Below, in pieces: positions 18,689 to 23,701 of a stretch of 23,701 nt of DNA. The stretch spans positions 1 to 23,701 of the forward strand of contig CBDDTI010000068.1 in assembly GCA_965233585.1 (NCBI GenBank). The letters are read 5' to 3'. The translations under genes and the position numbers were made by a program. Below the pieces are notes generated by a model. The model ran no database searches and was not told where the DNA came from. It saw nothing but the letters and a program-made list of their open reading frames with translations. The DNA is from a bacterium (lineage in GTDB: Bacteria; SAR324; NAC60-12). Position 1 is the stretch's first letter. Each line of letters starts with the position of its first letter.

Positions 18689-19810
18689 GCTCCAAATGTC
18701 ATTAGTGAACAGAAACTTTTCCTCTTGTACCATGTTATCTTTATAAATAGGTCACTGTAATTTTTGTAAAAATTCTCCAGTAATGTTTTGAGAGACCTTA
18801 TTTCAATCATTTCTATATTCATCACGCACCTTCTGCATTAATTTGAACTTGATTGGTCGAGTATTTCACTTAGAATTTATTTATCAAAAACCAACTTCTA
18901 CGAGCACAACTCCCGACTACATAACAGGAAAGGAAGAAAGGAAAGAGTCCCTCTCAACCATATAATGGCAGAATTTCAAAATGCAATTACAACTTATGTC
19001 GGAATGTTCCAATTCTTGCTAGAAACGATTACTGGAGTTGTTAGGAAGCTGTTTATACCAAAAAACCACATTTCACCATACCATCATGTATTCCATTTTT
19101 AAGGTCCATGGCAAGGGGGTCATATTATGAGGTAATTATAGATAATTAAGGATAAAATATTAAACAAAAAAGATGGTCCTGCCGACATGAAGAGATATCA
19201 GTTATTTTTATGAGAGTCCAATAAGTGGTTTACGCAAAAAACACAGTGACCTGCTTTAAAAACATCACTGTAGGCAGTTGTAGGCTGATGTTTAAGGCAT
19301 CAAGTCCAGCATCTATGAATGGAAAAAATGCATTTTAGTCTCACTTGTTTTCTGCAAGTCTACACGAAGTCTGGCACGAAATAAATTGCGTTACATTGAC
19401 CCAGAGAAAAGATTTTTCCTTCTTTTTTTGTTAGTCAATAGCTCATGATTTATTAAAAGGTTGCATGATTATTTTTTCTTACCATTCAGCTAAGCTGAAA
19501 TGATGAACAACACCATTCTTTTGCCAACTTTTGAGGCTAAAAGGTCAATAGGTTGTGTTAACTAAAATCAGAATTTTCCGCTAGCGCCACCTACCGTTTT
19601 TACAAGCAAAATTGAAGTGTAACTACCAAAGTGTTCATATACTGTATTATGTACTGTACTAAGCAAGACAAAACAGCCATTTTTCAATTAAAACAATCAA
19701 CAACTTCAATATGATACCAAATGTAAGGCTATTAATGATCAAACGGATTGACATGCTGAGCAAGATAAAAAAGATCTTACCTAATAAATAAATATATACG
19801 AAAATACTCT

Positions 19811-20065
19811 AAGCACCTAAACATCTGACGGCACAAATTTGAAGAAAATCATAATTTTGTGGAAGTGTATTATTTTGTGGAGGTAGAGTCATAAAATTGT
19901 AAGATGACAGAAAATCATCAGAAATATTCATGCCACCTTTTTAGTATATCTCCACAATTTTGTGACTGTAGAGTCACAAATTTGTGGCATCAGAGTCACA
20001 ATTTTCCACACTTCCACAATTTTATGATTTTCCACAAATTTGTGCCGTCAGATGTTTAGGTGCTT
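19811..20065. mobile_element. MITE with 31-bp TIRs (PIF/Harbinger-like?)
   Basis: AAGCACCTAAACATCTGACGGCACAAATTTG...CAAATTTGTGCCGTCAGATGTTTAGGTGCTT; internal CACAA(A)TTT subrepeats. Confidence 0.8.
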
Positions 20066-20066
20066 T

Positions 20067-20514
20067 ACATTAGTAACAAAACCTCATTTGTATTTACATT
20101 CATTACATTTACAACTCAAAAGCTAAATAAAAACAAAATAAGATTATTTCATAGCTTCTTAGTGATCTTTTTCTTGTGTCCTTTTTCCTCTATTACCCTA
20201 TCTTATAAACTTTTTTTCCTGAAGAAGTGGATTCTTGGCCAGTTGACATTTTTGACTTTGACGCTTAATATATCTGCTAAAGGACCTAGTCCTAATGACT
20301 GGCTGTCAGGATGATGAGGCCATTTTCAAGGCCAATTCTTGTCCATTCTGCAAAGGAGCTGCAACATAGCAAAACCATATACATAAATATATATGAATAT
20401 ATTTTAAACATTAACAAAACTTCATTTGCATTTACATTCATTACATTTACAACTCAAATTTTCAATAAAAACAAAATAAGATTTTTTCACAGCTTCTTAA
20501 CTTATCTTTTTCTT
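20067..20514 (+). repeat. ~105-bp diverged direct repeat (~20067-20175 and ~20408-20514)
   Basis: TAACAAAAC(C/T)TCATTTG(T/C)ATTTACATTCATTACATTTACAACTCAAA..AATAAAAACAAAATAAGATT occurs twice. Confidence 0.8.
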
Positions 20515-20869
20515 CTATTGCTCCATCTTCTGAACTTTTTTCCTCTTGGACAGCTTTTGCAAGAAATCCCAGTTGAGCCATTTCCCTCTTGGCATCCTCG
20601 ATGATTAATGGGATTTGGTCCATGTTCAAGCATCCTTGATGATGGTTATTGGAATTTTATCAACATCCAAGCATCCTTGATGATGGTTAAATTCTTTTTC
20701 TCTTGGCCATCTTTTGCAAGAAATCTTGGTCAATAATGATGGTGATAATGGTGACTGCGACGGCGGTGGCCGCTATGGCAATGACAGGTCCCACTACGGC
20801 AATGATGGGGGCCGTAACGGTGAGTTCTTCTGCTTGCTGCTCTTCACAACTCTGAAACCATCTTCTGAA

Positions 20870-20961
20870 GGGTTGTCTGGATAGCTCAGAGTGGTAAGGT
20901 GATAGTTTTTATCAGAGAGATCTCGGGTTCGAGTCCTGGGGCCAACCATATCCCCAGTGTT
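20870..20961 (+). mobile_element. tRNA-derived SINE head (diverged copy)
   Basis: A box TAGCTCAGAGTGG and B box GGTTCGAGTCC, followed by CCATATCCCCAGTGTT; homologous to 23591-23701. Confidence 0.7.
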
Positions 20962-21833
20962 TTCTGGCCTCCTTTGGTAGAGATGTGGACTTCGGTTAAA
21001 AAGTTGATCAAAGATGATCAGAGCCTGCAATTCGCAAGCACCGACGGGCAGTGACACACTCAGGGGTTTGGTAGGAAAAAAAGGTTTAGAGTGGTACTTC
21101 CCAGCCATGGGCCAACTTAGGTTTCTAGCAAGCCAGGAAGTGATGGTCTTTCTGGTTGGTTGTCATGTAAGTAAGACCTGGGAATACAAAGAGCATCTGA
21201 ATGGGGGTGCTGGTTGTTGCAGGCTGTGTGGTCAGCTTTACTTGGGTGAGAGCCTAGGCTTTCTGATGATTAACTTGCTAGTAAGAGCGAGACGACAGCC
21301 GTTGTGGGATGATTGGCACCTCCTATAATTCCAGCGACTGGAACGCAACCTGTTGACCAAGGGTGAGATAATGGTCAAGTAGGGTACTGAAGAAATCCCT
21401 TGACCTCCCATGGGTCAAAAGCAAGTGGAAACACTGGGGATTACCCCCACTTCTAAAAAAAGACTCTTCTCTTCTAGGTCTGTTGTGGCAAGAAATCTTG
21501 GATGGCCAGGTGGGTACTTCTTAAAGGTAACAGACTCGCTATAAAAGATAGGGTGTACCCGTTTCAAGACATAAGTATTAATAACGGTGATGTCACAATG
21601 TGACACTAAAGAGGTTTTGTGACAACGAAAGTTGCGATTTTTGTTAAAATTAGAGGCGGGGGGGGGGGGGAGTCCATAGGGAATAACATGCAAAAAGGTA
21701 AAATAAATCATCATTGTTGATGGATCTGCTTGTTGAATTGATTTGGTAATCATATTTTTAGTTAATTTCTTGACAAAACATATATTCTTATTCTATTCTG
21801 GTTTCAATTGTTCTCCTCACCACTCTGGTAGAG

Positions 21834-22895
21834 ATGTCAATTGCTAATTTAAAAGAAATTATCTCTTCACCCCAGGCCATTTTGGATTATCTTCAGAAAT
21901 GCAAGGTAATTAGACGCACTGCAATCTACAAATGTGGCCAGCAAATGATATTGATAAAGGATTGTTGGAAGATGGATGGCTATTTCTGGAGGTGCCCATC
22001 AAGATGTTCCTCCATGAGCATTCGGGCAACATCATTCTTGGGGAAATCACGTCTTAGCACATAAACATCTGGTGGCTGAAAATTGTGTCAGTGCTCAATT
22101 TTGCGGCCTGTCTTAATTTTGTGTAATCACAAAATTAAGGCCTGCCTCAATTTTGTGTAATCATTGACACAAAATTGAGCATTGACACAATTTTCAGCCA
22201 CCAGATGTTTATGTGCATAGCCTGAATAGTTTTCTGGAGCTGGCTTATTGTTGGTCACACAAGCAATCAAACCAGAATACGGAGTTCATGACTGGTCTCT
22301 CCCAACCAGCTGTCATACAATGGTTTCAATGGTTCCGTAAATCATGCTCACGCTGGTTAATCAACCACCCTGAAAAAATTGGAGGACCAGGAATTGTAGT
22401 TGAGATTGATGAGAGCTTGGTAGCAAAGGCCAAGTATGGACGAGGACGTGAAGTGGAGGCGAGGTGGGTCTTTGGTGGCTATTGTTCTGATCAAAAAAAG
22501 GGTTTCCTTCAATTTGTGGATGAAAAGGACTCAAATACAATTTTGCCTCTGATCATGACAATATTGCTGCTGGATCCATCATACATTCTGATGGTTGGGC
22601 TGCATATGGTGGTAGCAAAATTATTGATCTACCTGTTGACCCTCCCTATCAGCACTTTGTTGTCAATCCCTCGGAACATTTTGTTGACCCTGAATCCGGG
22701 GCACACACCAATCATGTTGAGGTATATTGGCGTCATGCCAAAGAGAAGCTGAAAAGAATGTATGGTTGTCACTTCTCTCAACTTGCTTCGCATCTGGATG
22801 AATTCATGTGGTTTCAGAGATTTGGAAGAGGAGGACCAATTGCCACAATGGATTTTCTGATGGAGCAAATCGCTGACTGGTATCCAACCCCTTAA
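21834..22895 (+). pseudogene. IS1595/ISXO2 (Merlin-like) DDE transposase, disrupted by a MITE and a frameshift (~22553)
   Basis: N-terminal C..DG..WRC..C..SIR..SF zinc ribbon; GGPGIVVEIDES..GR..WVFGG. In the shifted frame: GSIIHSDGWAAY..HFVVN..FVDPESGAHTNHVEVYW..HLDEFMW..WYPTP*. Confidence 0.92.
22057..22216. mobile_element. MITE inserted in the transposase gene (termini related to 19811-20065)
   Basis: GCACATAAACATCTGGTGGCTGAAAATTGTGTCA...TGACACAATTTTCAGCCACCAGATGTTTATGTGC; flanks TTA/ATA. Removal restores GKSRL-SLNSFLE. Confidence 0.85.
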
Positions 22896-22992
22896 AGGTA
22901 ACAGACTCGCTAAAAAAGATCGGGGATACCCAGTTCAAGACACAAGTATTAATAACGGTGACATCACAGTGTGACACTATAGAGGTCGCGCA

Positions 22993-23401
22993 CCCCTGCG
23001 AATAATAAAAAAGCGATTTTTTTTTTGTCTTCTTTTTAAATTCGCTAGAACACGCAAGCCGTGGTTCACTCGTTGGTCGCGTAGTGAAGCGTGAGTAAGG
23101 GAATAATTTCCCGCTAGGCAAGCCGTGCGGAGCGAAGCGGAGCGGAGCCGGCGACCGCACCGCTGCGGGAGTCGGTTGAGGCTGCGGCGGTGCGGTCGCC
23201 GGCTCCGCTCCGCTTCGCTCTGCACGGCTCGCTTAGCTGGAAATTATTCCCCTGCGCATCCAAAACTACGAGGCCAATGGGTGAACCGCGGCTCGGACAC
23301 ACTAGCGAATTAAAAAAAAGACAATTTCAGTTAGGCAGGGTCAGGCTTGTTGCCGAGCGAAGCGAGGCAACACAAAATTGCTTTTTTATTATTCGCAGGG
23401 G
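22993..23401. repeat. GC-rich nested fold-back (possible MITE) inside the inner TTAA element
   Basis: CCCCTGCGAATAATAAAAAAGC...GCTTTTTTATTATTCGCAGGGG ends; ~300-bp imperfect hairpin centred near 23175; small hairpin TTGCC-GAGCGAAGCGA-GGCAA at 23350-23370. Confidence 0.8.
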
Positions 23402-23590
23402 AGCTCGTCGCTGGTGGGATTTTTCATGCGCCAGTGGGATATTTTTCCCGCTTGGAATTAAAAAAAAAATCGTAACTTTTGCTATGTAATCACGAAACCT
23501 CTTCAATGTCTTGCCGTGACGTCATCGTCATTAATATTCATGTATTTTTATTATTTCCATGTTTTTTTAGGGAGTCTGTTACCTTTAATA

Positions 23591-23701
23591 GGGTTGTCTG
23601 GATAGCTCAGAGCGGTAAGGCGCTAAGGTTTCGTAGGAGAGGTCCTGGGTTCGAATCCCAGGGCCCACCATATCCCCAGTGTTCTCACCCTACACTGGGG
23701 A
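23591..23701 (+). mobile_element. tRNA-derived SINE head (runs off window)
   Basis: A box TAGCTCAGAGCGG, B box GGTTCGAATCC in a CCTGG/CCAGG stem, poor acceptor and anticodon stems, then hairpin TCCCCAGTGT..ACACTGGGGA. Confidence 0.75.

Larger units (their letters stand above)
21525..23584 (+). mobile_element. TTAA-flanked DNA transposon: two left ends (21525, 22896) and one right end (23584)
   Basis: TTAA|AGGTAACAGACTCGCTA at 21521 and 22892, sharing ~90 bp in direct orientation; TAGGGAGTCTGTTACCT|TTAA at 23568-23588. Confidence 0.75.

Noticed and set aside
22804..23489. ORFs in the GC-rich fold-back
   Set aside because: Mirror-image translations on both strands arise from the palindrome.
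23591..23670. Functional tRNA gene
   Set aside because: A/B boxes are present but the acceptor and anticodon stems pair poorly. A diverged second copy shares the non-tRNA tail, so a SINE is more likely.

Overview
Eukaryotic (probably invertebrate) repeat-rich DNA. The main feature is a young ~13.4-kb BEL/Pao (Belpaoviridae-type) LTR retroelement on the minus strand (3501-16922) that is organised like a complex retrovirus. In order it has a 5' LTR, a primer site matching almost a whole tRNA-Gly(GCC), an 85-aa zinc-finger ORF, and gag. A single in-frame UAG followed by a GC-rich stem/pseudoknot leads into PR-RT-RH-IN pol. Next come a large accessory membrane-protein gene whose three ORFs join in frame through two short GT-AG introns, a small TM ORF, a baculovirus-F/errantivirus-like env (TM anchor frameshifted), a PPT and the 3' LTR. 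Both outer LTR ends are clipped and there is no TSD. The left flank holds a GC-rich palindrome cluster, tandem repeats and degenerate orphan ORFs. The right flank holds an intron-bearing MOCS1A (moaA) pseudogene fragment, several MITEs, two tRNA-derived SINE heads, and a disrupted IS1595/Merlin-like transposase lying between TTAA-flanked TIR ends. All calls come from motif recognition by eye; no database searches were run.
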